Made by a program: the position numbers and the translations under genes. A stretch of DNA of 64,000 nucleotides from Perna viridis (taxonomy: Eukaryota), in the NCBI GenBank assembly GCA_037379345.1, contig CM074514.1, forward strand, positions 37,386,001 through 37,450,000, written 5' to 3'. The notes below the pieces were generated by a model. That model saw only the letters and a list, made by a program, of their open reading frames with translations. It did not search any database and was not told where the DNA came from. Position 1 is the first letter of the stretch. Every line of letters begins with the position of its first letter. Positions 24,094-35,683 of this stretch are shown in pieces.

Positions 24094-24664
24094 TTCACAC
24101 TTGCATCAGTGAATTCTGAATTGTTATGTTGTTCTTGAGTTTGTACTGAGCTGAAATCAATGTTTCATCAAAATTTTGTCCATAGCTGGTGGGGGGAACA
24201 TACAATATACTATGATTGGCTTTATCAAGTCAAAAAGTATTCTTTTTTTTTTGCAGTCTGTCCGTCATTTGGTCTGTTAGGTGCCTATTATAAGGTGGTC
24301 CAATTTTATCGCTCCAGACCTTGTAATTTTTTTATGTTTTAGACATCAGTTTTTAATCAAACATTAGGTCTGACAGGTTATGTATTTTTTGTAGACTGAA
24401 ACTGTTTTTTTATGATCTGAGGACAGATTGACAGATATTCTTTGGGGTGCTCTTTTAATCTTATTGCTTTGGTAAACCCCTCAGTGAAGTAATAAATCTT
24501 TAAACTATACTTCTTGACATGTTTTGGCCAATCATTGTATATTTTATGTTTCCCCCCCCCCCTCCCACCTGACATAAAGGCTATGAGTAAAAATATGGTG
24601 GAAACATTGTTGTTAGATCAGTTAAACTTAAATATGCCAAGAACCAGATTTTTATTCTATTGAA

Positions 24665-25090
24665 ATGTATGATTTCTACTCCAAAGAACTTGAGATAAAG
24701 GATAGTACAGACACTGTGAAGTCAGCCTCATATTTTGACCTACACTTAGAAATCGACAGGAAAGGAAAACTATTGACCAAACTTTGCGACAAACGTGATG
24801 ACTTTTCATTCAGAATTGTCAAATTTCCTTTCATCTGTGGCAAAATCCCTTCAGCACCTGTGTATGGAGTGCTCATATCACAACTCATACATTATGCCAG
24901 AGTTTGCCGAAACTACGCGGATTTTTCTTATCACGCTAGAATTCCAACAAATAGGCTTCTGGAACAGGGTTATTTTGCAACAAGATTGAAGTCATCACTA
25001 CAGAAGTTTTATGGTTCTTATCATGAACTTATGGATCGTTTTGGTGTTTCCATCTGCGTTATAAAAACTAATTTGTTCAATGTGTCATAG
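24665..25090 (+). pseudogene. 5'-truncated reverse transcriptase C-terminus (thumb) of a Penelope-like element, Naiad type
   Basis: ELEIKD..SASYFDLHLEI..TKLCDKRDDFSFRIVKFPF..IPSAPVYGVLISQLIHYAR..RLLEQGY..KFYG is a PLE RT signature. The ORF stops right after the thumb with no C-terminal GIY-YIG, consistent with the N-terminal-endonuclease (Naiad) architecture. The catalytic DD motif is absent (truncated). Confidence 0.85.
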
Positions 25091-25371
25091 TTTTTATTTT
25101 CTCTTTCGATTACCCTGTACTTAACTTTTTATGAGCAACTCAGCAGGTGTTTCTAGAAAAGCATAGGATACTTACTCTACCAGTGCACCTGGTCCATGCT
25201 CCCAGTTTTTAATGGAGTCCGAGTTGCTTATTTGCTTTTGTTGCTTTGTATGTTTGGTTTTGGTTGCTTTATGTTCTTTGTTGTGTATGCCTGTTTTTCA
25301 TATCTGGTCTTTGTCCCTGGATTGCATTCTTTTGATTACCGCTATAACCTTGGTTCCCTTGATTACTCTTC
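25091..25371 (+). mobile_element. 3' UTR of the Penelope-like element
   Basis: Directly follows the RT stop; shared with six other copies in the window. Confidence 0.85.
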
Positions 25372-25466
25372 CAGAATTATAAACATAATAAAAAATTTCA
25401 TTTTTTGAGGAAAAGAGAAAAGAAACAATAAACTAATTTTGCATTTGGGAAAAGAAGTTACAAAAT

Positions 25467-25810
25467 AAAGTGAAACCTGTATTAACTGAAATCCTTACAG
25501 GCTGAAACTTTTGTATGGTTAATGCAGATATTTGGATTATGCAGGTTTAGATTACACTAGAATTGACCTGAATGGGGTTTTTTAAAAGATTAGACCTGGA
25601 GTAAGAGACATAACTCATGTAATTGGTGATATGTTTGTATCATATTCAAATTCACCTATCAAGCTTCCATTTGAAACAGAATGAAATCAGTCCAAGTTAC
25701 TTTGATGTTTACATGACATTGATGTAAACTGCAGAATACAAACATTCCGATGATTTATAAGAGTTGTGTCACTTATCCTAGATCAACCTCCTTAAATGTG
25801 TTTTACTGTA
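25467..25810. mobile_element. M2 MITE interrupted by a K2 element
   Basis: AGTGAAACCTGTATTAAC left end and GTTTTACTGTA right end surround the K2 copy. Confidence 0.55.
25582..25795. mobile_element. K2 MITE, reverse orientation to the 13576 copy
   Basis: TTAA flanks; degenerate TIRs TAGACCTGGAGTAAGAGACATAACTC / GAGTTGTGTCACTTATCCTAGATCAACCTCC. Confidence 0.8.
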
Positions 25811-26678
25811 TATTACTAATGAACCTCTACTGATGGGGTTCACCATGCATACAAGGCTAAAGGTAAAGGTTATTGAAGTAACAAAAAATATTTAACTTGC
25901 ATCCTTAGCAATGCATGCGTTGTAAAAATGATTGTAAATTCATTTCCTAAAACCTAAAATATTTTACTTTGTTACTTAGAAATGTTGCTGTTACAAAAAC
26001 AATAGACTATTAGTAAAAAATTAAATTCTGACCCAAAATAGTTTTGGTGCCCCTCAAGCTACATGACCATATTATTCACATCTACAGGTGAATAGAAGCT
26101 AGCCACCACTACACAAAAAGATTGATTATATATGGATCATGTGAAGGGAAATGTGGTTGTGTCAATGTTGCCTATTTTAGGTGCCCTAATGCTATCTATC
26201 TTCATTAGTCTGTTTTCTCCTTCTATAAATAATAGAAATATATATATGGTACATGTATTAATTACCACTAGGTCAAAAGTCATGGCTTTTCTTTCACAAG
26301 ATTCAAACTGTCAGGCTATTGTGTCAGGTTGTACAAGGCTTAAAAGAAAAATTCATTTACAGCCAGTAATAAAACTTCTGGGGATGATAGAGTTGAACAT
26401 CACTTTCATGAATGACAGTCAACTGATGGACTTCCATTGGGAGTGAACTGAACAATTGAATTTATGCAAAAAAGATATTACTATCTTATTTCATAGGGAT
26501 ATTGGAGATGGGGGCTTGCTTGACAGTTGCTCCTTTTAAATTTAACACCTATAATTCTTTGGAAGAACTGTACTACTTTAAGTAGGGGTTCAATTTTTGT
26601 GGTTTTTGTGGTCTGGTCTAACCACAGATTTAAATTTCCAAAAGTTCAAATTTCCAGTATCTTGCAAAACCAATGAGT

Positions 26679-27071
26679 TTAAATAGCAGTCTTTGTAAGA
26701 TTCATGCAAATTCTGTTATATGTGGTACATGCCAAAAAAGGCTATACATCTTTTATTTTTGTTATTAAGTTGCTTTATAGGTCTATATGATGAAATTTAT
26801 AATTATTCATTCCAATCTGTCTGCCCTTCGGAGATAATCCACATTGAAAATCCAACAGTTTCTATTGTATTTTAGTGTCATTTACAGAGTTGCCTCCCTT
26901 ATTTTTTTAATTCTACAGTGCATTCTAGATAACTTTTTTCTCCTAAGAGCATAGGTTATATGAAAAGCCACTTGTTAATTTCTGTTTACTATAACATTTT
27001 AGAATAAAAACATGTAGGCTCTTCAACCATGAATCACATTTTGCATGATTCTTACCTGGAGTTCTGCTTAA
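26679..27071. mobile_element. K1 MITE nested in a degenerate M1 copy (26567-27091)
   Basis: TTAA flanks; imperfect TIR; the flanks rejoin to CCAATGAGTTTAAATATTTAC..CAGTA, resembling the M1 right end. Confidence 0.8.
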
Positions 27072-27112
27072 ATATTTACAAATTAACAGTACCCTTTCTT
27101 GTTGTGTTATAA

Positions 27113-27511
27113 TACAGTGAAACCTGTCTAAACCAAGCACATTTTTTTAAGTCCCTTTACATTCAAACCTGTCTTAGGCTCCACCTTTTTTTTTCAAACC
27201 ATAACCATAAATCTTAAAAGACTATGATTAAGATATCCTTACGATAGTATTAACGTGTATATAAAGTTGTGACCTTGATTTTGTTCTCCCTGGGAAGGTC
27301 AAGTGTTCTAGGGCGCTGGACTTTGTGTAGATGATGTTGCTATGGGTTATTCAACACTGCAAGTTCGAGTCCTGTGGTGGGAACAACCAAAAATTTGCCT
27401 TGCATATTTATAAATCTAAATTTATTTTGAACAATTGTAAACTAAACACCTGTCTAAACCAAACCGATTTTAAAGTCTAACAAAAGTTTGGCTTGGACAG
27501 GATTCACTGTA
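27113..27511. mobile_element. M2 MITE carrying a nested tRNA-derived repeat
   Basis: TACAGTGAAACCTGTCTAAACCAA / TTGGCTTGGACAGGATTCACTGTA TIRs. Confidence 0.85.
27285..27420 (+). mobile_element. tRNA-derived repeat head (same family as 9386-9535)
   Basis: GGTCAAGTGTTCTAGGGCGCTGGACTT...GTTCGAGTCC..GGGAACAACCAAAAATTTG. Confidence 0.65.
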
Positions 27512-27984
27512 TCTTCTACTGAAAGACATACTTTAAGCGTATCTATTATTTTTAGTGTGTTTCTTTAGCTATTTATATTCAACTTGTAGTTTTTGTAATA
27601 ATTTTAAGGAAACATATGATACACAGCTTCAAATTTGTTTGATGGGATCAGTTGTATTGCAGATGTGAATTCCAATGAATTTTTATACCCTAATTTGAAA
27701 ATTTATGAAAGGAATTTGTTTTTTTGCCAAAAGTTTGAACTGTTGCTGAATACTTTGTGAATTATTTGTGATTCTCAATTATGACTTGGTGAGAAACTGA
27801 AATAGTGGTTTCATGTTATTTGGACTCTATGGGAAACTAAAATTGTGGCTTTACATTAAATTTTCTGAAATACATTTTTTGGCAATGTTTATTTTTAATG
27901 CAGATTTTTGTTTGGGTTTGTTAAATTCATGCTTCAATTGTTTTTTGGTTATTATCTGTCTGAATAAGGCCACAGAAAATTATA

Positions 27985-29437
27985 TTTAGCTCACCTGGCC
28001 AAAGGCCATGTGAGCTATTGCCATCATTTGGCGTCCCTCGTCGTCATCATTAACAATTATACAAAACTCTCCTCGAATATAGCTGAAATATTGCTGCTCG
28101 GACGTTAAACCCCAACAAACAAACAAACAAACTGAAACTACTTGACTGATTAGAACCAAACTTGGTATAAATGTTCATTGCGGTATTCTGCATAGAACTG
28201 AGGTGGGGATTTTTGATTTGTCGAAAAACATGGCAGCTGTTACTAAAAACAGAACATAGGGTCAGACTGTAGTTTTTCACATATATCTCCAAAACCATTT
28301 GGTATAACTAAATTCTGACGTGGGTAAAAGTGTTCAGCATGATAAGATCAATCTCTTGTCAAATTTTGGTTTTTATCTGTAAAGCCATGTTGGAGTTATT
28401 GCCCTTTTTCAACGATTTTGCTACTTTTAATGTTATTTCTTTCAAAAATCTTCTCCTCTGACATTATTCGATCAATTGGAACCAAACTTGGTATGAATGT
28501 TTCTTGGTGTACCCTGCATAGAACTGGTGTGGGGATTATTGATCCGTCAAAGAAACATGGCAGTCATTACTAAAAATAGAACATACAGTGTATGAGTCAA
28601 ACGATTTTTTTCGCATATAACTAACTCCAAAACCATTAGGTTTAGCCAAATTCTTTCAATAGCTGAAATGATCCTTATTATTAGGACTACAAAAGTCTTA
28701 AGGGATAAAAGTTGTCAGATGAAGTCTCACTAACCTTGTCTAAGACCACGTCTAAAATTTCCATTACTTTACATGTTGAACAAGTAATTTTCAATGTTTC
28801 ACTGTGAATTCCCAGGACAAAGGACACCTGAAAGTTACGTACCATTGCGAAAGTTGGAAATAAGGCTTTCAAAATCATTATTCTAATGGTACGATGACCG
28901 TAGAAATTCTTCACAAAATTTACTTGAATAAAAAATACTGAAAATCAACATTTTTACCTTTTCTGCTAACTGACAGCATGGAGGCAAATTACTCACACAT
29001 GTAAACAATATTCATACACTTTTGTAGTAAATTACAAATATGATTGTAAAGTACACATTCTCAGCTTTATTTTAACTACTTTTTTCAGAATACACACAAA
29101 TAATGCACTTTCAATGCATATTTCTAGGTTCAGTGTGTTTTTGGTACTACATAGTAGGGATGGCCATTTGATCCAGAAATGGTTAGTGAGACCTGACTCC
29201 TTGTAAGAGTTATTGCCCTTGAAAGGGAAAAAATGACTTTTTTTTAAGTTTACAGTCAATATCTTGGAAACAGTGATAGATTAAAAGACACTTTCATTTG
29301 TTGAAATAATCCTTATGATAAGCCCTACCAAAGACTTCTTGAGTCAAAATTGTTGGACAACTTCTTGTTAAATTTATTGCCTTTGAAAGGCAAAATTGAA
29401 TGAGGTGGGTGATTCACGCTCCTGGGGGCCTCTTGTT
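27985..29437 (+). mobile_element. HINE-like non-autonomous Helentron with ~320-bp internal repeats and further inserted sequence
   Basis: TTTAGCTCACCTGGCCAAAGGCCATGTGAGCT 5' hairpin, short GTC microsatellite, duplicated core (28133 and ~28455), 3' AGGTGGGTGATTCACGCTCCTGGGGGCCTCTTGTT subterminal IR plus palindrome. Confidence 0.7.
28075..28132 (+). mobile_element. 5'-truncated SINE/LINE tail ending in (AAAC)n inserted in the HINE
   Basis: ATATAGCTGAAATATTGCTGCTCGGACGTTAAACCCCAAC(AAAC)n splits the host motif CTCCTC|TGAAACTA. Confidence 0.7.
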
Positions 29438-32400
29438 TGTTGTTGCTTAGATTTCTAGAAGATTAAGGTTTACTCTAAATGAATTGTAGGAGGCCTGGAT
29501 TTAAGACAAGTCAAACTTTTTAAAAAATATGTCAATTTTTAGAATTTTGACTGAAATATGTGTCCCAGTCACTCGCATGATAGTTATATATATAAAAAAA
29601 AATCACATTTAATTCAATAATTTTATACCCTTTTTGTTATTATATTTTCTTTCCTGTAAGTGTGCTCTTTTAAATTAAATATGACCAGCAAATGGCAAAT
29701 TATTTAAATCTAAATTTCCAAATAAAAGGAAAAAAAATTGAAGGAATTTTGTCATTGTTGTCTGCAGGATGTAATTATAAAATAAAATCTTAAAATTATG
29801 TCTGAAACTGTTTATATGGCAGAATCATAGTTTGCTCCAGGTTTTAGATTTCTAGACATATGAGTTAATCTTGTTGCTTCAGAGACATTGTGGTTAAGAT
29901 AATTTTTATATAAACCAAATATTATGGGTTAATTTTGTTCCTCGTCTGTTTCTTGAGAGTGATTGTGGTACAACCGCAATAAACATTATGGTCATTTAAT
30001 GGTATGGCGCGGTTGATGTCCTGTGTTGTCCTTGTCTTTTGACACACAGTTATCATGGGATAAGTTGATGGATATTGATAAATTTTTTTAACAAATCATA
30101 AAGAAAGTAGGATGATGGCCTTAATTGTTTTGGAATTAGGGGCCAAAAAATGGACCCAAAGCAAGCATTTTATAGAATGTAACTACAACTCAAATATAAG
30201 TGTAATGAACTCCATTATATTGTAGATTTATATATATATCACAAAGGTCAGACTGGAATAGATTTTGGGGACTTAAGTTGACAAAAACTTCTTTGGAATT
30301 AGCGACTGAAAAAAGGCCAAAAACAAGTATTTTACATTTTTCTGAACATTTGTTTGGATCTCCATGATATTGTAAATTTTAGATTTAGGATTTTTTTACG
30401 ATTGGTTTCTTCTTGGTTTGGAATGGAAGGGGGGTTGGGTATCACAATTTTTCTAATTTTCATTATATCTAAACAAAATTTAGTCACTGAAATTGAACTG
30501 AAGTAAGAATATCCCTGATGATGAATATTGTTGTAATAAGTGATCTGGTGAATCATCAGTGAGTTGATGTTTTGCAAATTCCATAAATTTCATCAGTTTA
30601 TATTTTAAAAAAGATTGTTGGACCGCAACAGTTGTTTTTTACTCAGGAGGTTGAAAGTTGCTTTTCGGTGGTTAACAGCAATTATAACATGACAATAGTG
30701 TGAATCCACTGAATCAATACCTGCCCAATGTAATTATAGGGTATTTCAATGCACTTGTTGCAGCAGTGGTGCACATGTTTTATTGTTAAGGTGCAGTGCT
30801 TTATGTCAAATATCAGGGTCTGCAACCCTCGTTATTTTCATTCATAGAATTCCTTTGGGTGTGTCCTGTCTACATTCATTTGAAAAATATATTGAAATAT
30901 ACTCAAGTTTATGCATTGTTTTCGGCATGTTTTTGTTGAGGTATATTTTGTTTGCAATTTTGCCAGATCAAGTTGGAAATCACCCTGGATTATTGATCGG
31001 GGTTAAAGAGTTTCCAAATGAACCAACAACATCATGTAATCCTACATGAAAGTAATGGAAAGTGCAGAAACAATTAACAGGAAAGCATCACTGCAAAACT
31101 GGGTTATTACAATGCATTATGGGTATTAATACTGTTCACTTGTTTACTTTATTCGAAATGTTACATTTTTCGGCTTCTTCACTGTGTTGTGCATGTAACT
31201 GTATGGACTTGTTGATATTTCAAGATTCTTAAGTCACTTCATATCTTAGATTAGATGGAAAGAGAGAAAACACAGTCTTTTAATTTTCTTATTTTTTGTC
31301 AGGATTTTTTTAAGAATATGGGCTGGTTTTAACATCTGTGATATATATATATATGAAAACTTCATTCACAATTTTTTTTTTAGTTCTTGTGAGGTCAGTC
31401 TGGGTTGTGAGGTATAAAATTTCTTTACATTGATGAAAACCCTTTATTGTACATTTAAATAACTATTTACATATAAATTGAAGGAAAATCTCTCCATTTT
31501 TCACCGAAATATAGCCTGGGAAACTGACCCCAATATACCTTAAGGAAAATTACTGTCTGTCCGTAATAAGATACTTGTGAATGGATCTTCTTAATTTTAT
31601 ATTTTAACTCAAAAGAAATTGGTAGATGATGTGCGATTTTGTTACCTTTTAATGTCTTTGGGTAAACCACAAGATCCTTGTGAAAATAGACATAGGAAAA
31701 GACATTTTTTGTAGCCCATAAAGGCTATTTTTGAATGACTATTCATGTCCTTTGATGACAAAACATAATCTTGAAAAATAATCTCACTATGATTTTCTCA
31801 GTGAATGGAACGAAAAGCGAAAAGTTTGAAGCCATTATTTCATTCATAAATATTGCACATATATTTCAATGTTTTGCATAAATTTCATTGATAAATATGA
31901 CGTCCATTGATAAAATTTTACTTATTTTATTCTTCTATTTATGCTTGAGAGGACCTATGCAAAACTGAACAATTTTCTATTGAAGTTATCCAATAAAATA
32001 TTCATATACACACGTCACATATTTGTGGTTTTACTCCATGTCCATGCTGAGCTGTAGTTATTGAAAGTCTGTTTATATGTTTATGAAACAGCAAGGTTTC
32101 CATGACATTTTGATTTTAATAACAACGGGAGATAATTTGACCTACATATCCTTTTTATCAGGGAAAATTGTTCTGAGTGAAAAGTTTGGTTTGATTTAAT
32201 TATTGAAGGTAAAAAAAGAAGTAAAATTCTGCAAATTATTTACACATTGAAAAGCTTTTTAAAACTGAAATAGTCCAACTGCAAAAAAGTTATCTTCCAT
32301 TTTGGCTTGGTAAAATGTTTATGGTCATTTTGTTAATTTATTAGTTGGATGATGCTTTTTTGAAAAATAAACAACGCAATGTTTACCAAAATGTTCAGAA

Positions 32401-33191
32401 ATCATTTCACCTTCTCCAGGTTTTATTGTATTACATAAGTAAATTTTTATGATAGAGCTACCTAAAATGTCACTTTAAGGTCAAACTTAAACAAACACTC
32501 AGTAGGACAGTGTGACCTTTATCAAAGGGTTAAGTCACATTCAAATATTCTGCTAGCTTAATTAAAATTAAATTGATTACTTCAGAGACCAGGTAATATT
32601 TTGAAAATATTTATATTTCTAATTTTAATGTCAACAATAAAAGCAATTAAAACTCTCTAAAAATTTCTCTCTCTATATATCTGGATGAATGATAAAATTT
32701 AGTTCATGTTGTAAAAGGAAGAATGTTAAGTATTTATGTCACTAGTACATGATATTTACCTGTGTCGTTTGTATGTAGGAGTTAAAGACGGGAATTGCCA
32801 GGGAAAGACTGGGTTTGTTTTTTGAAATCAGGTAAAATATCATTTTCATTCATAGCTGTTTTCTCAGAATCTGTTTAGTGTTGAGTCAGTTAAAAATTAA
32901 ACATGTATTTTTCTCAAGTTTTTTTTTTAATCTTAAGAAGAAATTGGTTACAGGCGAGTTAATTAAATTAATCTTAAATTATTATTTATGTTTTTCTTTT
33001 TCTGTATAACAGTATTTTTATTACATCAAATGTTCAATTGATTTTTTTTTTTACAAATTTATTATTTTTTTTATTATTTTTAAAAGAAAATTTAAAAGAG
33101 GAAATATGATTAGCAAACATAATTCCTTGACAGTAAAAATTATCTTTGAATTTTGTCTCTCCTGCTTAAAGTGCAGAAAGCATTTCCAATG

Positions 33192-33300
33192 CTGTCAGTC
33201 TGAGGTCTGACAAAATTAAATGTTCTCTCAGTCTGAGGTCTGACAAAATGAAATGTTCTGTCAGTCTGAAATATGACAAAATGAATTGTTCTGTCAGATC
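33192..33300. repeat. Short tandem repeat, 33-bp unit, ~3 copies
   Basis: TCAGTCTGAGGTCTGACAAAATGAAATGTTCTG; period 33196 to 33229. Confidence 0.85.
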
Positions 33301-33761
33301 CAAAGTTGATTTTAAAACAATGTAACAGGTATTTTAATTCTGTCATACATTGGTTCTACGTGAACTGATGCAGCAGAAGTATGACCGTCCCAAAATATGC
33401 TTATCAGGTCTTCCTACTGACCATTCAGACATTGTTTCACGAGCTCTGCTAGTGCTCTATTCCAGATTCAATTACATTGTATACATTTTGTAAATTAAGT
33501 TGCCTTAATAGTCAAGGCTTATGTCAGGTACAGACAGCTTGACTTCCTCTTACTGTGCTCATTATTCACATTTAGCAAACACATCCACAAATGTGTTTTA
33601 ATTAGCCACTGGTGTACATTTTAGTTGCAAATTTCCATGAAGTTCTTTTCTTAGATATCTTTCCATAGGAATGGAAAAATACAGCTTTGTAACCAAATGT
33701 TCCTGTCCACTAAAAATGATTGCCTCGATATCAGACAAAATCATGATGTTGAACATTCATG

Positions 33762-34127
33762 AAAGTAATCAAGGGAACCAAGGTTATAGCGGTAATCAAA
33801 AGAATGTAATCCAGGGACAAAAACCAGACATGGAAAACAGACATACACAACAAAGAACATAAAGTAACTAAAATCATACATACAAAGTAACAAAAGTAAA
33901 TGAGCAACTCAGACTCCACTAAAAACTGGGAGCATGGACCTTGTGCACCGATAGGGTAAGCGTCCTCTGCTTTTCTAGAAACACCCGCCGAGTTGCTCAT
34001 AAAAAGTCAAGTCCGGGGTAGACAAACGAGGAAAGGAAAACTATGACCCGTTCAATAAATCAGTTTTCATGGTGCTGATGGATACACCATAACAATCCAC
34101 GAGTTCATGATAACGACCATAAAACTT
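33762..34127 (-). mobile_element. Penelope-like (Naiad-type) 3' fragment including the last codons of RT
   Basis: Minus strand encodes KFYGRYHELVDCYGVSISTMKTDLLNGS*, matching the end of ORF 24665-25090, then the full 3' UTR. Confidence 0.9.
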
Positions 34128-34477
34128 ATGAAAATAGACTTAATAATATTAGCTGTAAGGGATTTTAAGGGGGGGGGAGGGGGGGGGGCGTGGATGAACA
34201 TAGATAAAGTGAAAGTAACCTTTATGATTTTCTCAGCTATGCTTATATCTTCTAATACTAAACAAATATGCCGAGATATTTGTGATGTCAACAAATCCCT
34301 AGTGAAGCTAAAACATAGGTAGAATGTTTATAAGGCAAGTAATCAAGTAGTATAAATAAATTAAATGTCTAAATTATCACTAGGGGACACACAGTGCTAG
34401 CCTTCAGCCTCCTAGGTTTTGTCAAATTAAGCAAACCTTTTAGAATTTAATTTTACTTTGAAAGAGTTATTGTTCCT

Positions 34478-34667
34478 GAGGTACCAAGGTTTGTAATTTT
34501 TCATGGGTTTGATAAAACACGAAATTTGGTTCGCAATGAAAAAGTAATTTCCTATTTTTTTGCATGATAGAATTATCAATTCATGAAATCAAGAATCTAT
34601 GAACTGACATATTTTTTTCTAAACCACAAAAATTGCTTCCAACAAATTAAAAAAAACTTTCACAGTA
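34478..34667. mobile_element. Partial M1 MITE
   Basis: CACGAAATTTGGTTC..TCAAGAATCTATGAAC..ACTTTCACAGTA. Confidence 0.65.
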
Positions 34668-34762
34668 TATTAAAAACATAAGAATCACCCTTGATTTCAA
34701 CCGTGGAGACAAATACATTTAAACAGAGGTAGAGTTACAGTAGAAGAAGTAGGTCTGTAAGA

Positions 34763-34812
34763 TGTTTGTTTGTTTGTTTGTTGGGGTTTAACATCCGGGC
34801 AGCAATATTTGG
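34763..34812 (-). mobile_element. 50-bp retroposon tail with 11-bp TSD
   Basis: Reverse complement of the 28075 tail, flanked by GGTCTGTAAGA at 34752-34762 and 34813-34823. Confidence 0.85.
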
Positions 34813-35464
34813 GGTCTGTAAGAGGGGTCATTTAAAAAGGTATACCCGCAAATATTTTGGTGAAGTTTGGTTGCAAAATTCGGTACTCAAAGATGTTTTT
34901 GAGCTTTTGGAAATTCATTTGAGATTTTTCTGCTAAATGAATGTTACACAATTTATTTTATGAGAGTGAATTCCACAAAGCAAAGAAGAAATTTATACCC
35001 TCAGCTTCTTGTTTAATAGGGATCCAACCTTCCCCCATCCCACCTGGACTCTCAACATACAAACATCTTAGTTGAATTATCTCCCTTTGCAAACATCTTA
35101 TATTTAGCATTTAAAATGAAAAGGACATTTTCTCCTGAATGGCCATTGAAGTCTCCCCCTTAGTTGGAGATCAAGCAACTTTGTTAAATATGCATTAAAA
35201 ATAGTACTTTTTACAGACCTTTGTGAAAAATGATATAGGACTGCAATATTGATATCTTCCAAGAACTCCTTACTGAGAAAAATGATGTGGTATCTGGTAT
35301 GTAGCTAAGTCATGATGAATTGTAATGTATATGCTTATTTTAAGCCTTACACATCCTATTCCTATGAAATTAAGTAAGTAGTATCCTGGGCTTGGTAGAC
35401 CTAAACACAACCTCAACCAGGTTTAATGACATTGCAATTTACTGTAGATTTAATAGTTCTATAC

Positions 35465-35683
35465 TTCAGGAGGTAGACCTATGGTAAGGGACATAACTCT
35501 TGAAATCAGTGATATATTTGTATCATGTTCAATTTACCAAAGCCTTTCAAGCTTTCCTTTGAAACTGAATGAAATCAGTCCAAGTTACTTTGATGCTTCC
35601 ATGAGACTGATGTAAAATGTGAAAAAGAATGTTCCTAAGATTTGTAAGAGCTGTATCCCTTGCCCTGGGTCTACTTCTTTCAA
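35465..35683. mobile_element. K2 MITE
   Basis: GGAGGTAGACCTATGGTAAGGGACATAACTCTT...TCCCTTGCCCTGGGTCTACTTC; TTAA flanks mutated. Confidence 0.85.

Noticed and set aside
33731-34000. Recurring small ORF 'RKAEDAYP' (also 49893, 25196, 15905)
   Set aside because: Translation of the Penelope-like 3' UTR; the frame is not kept between copies.
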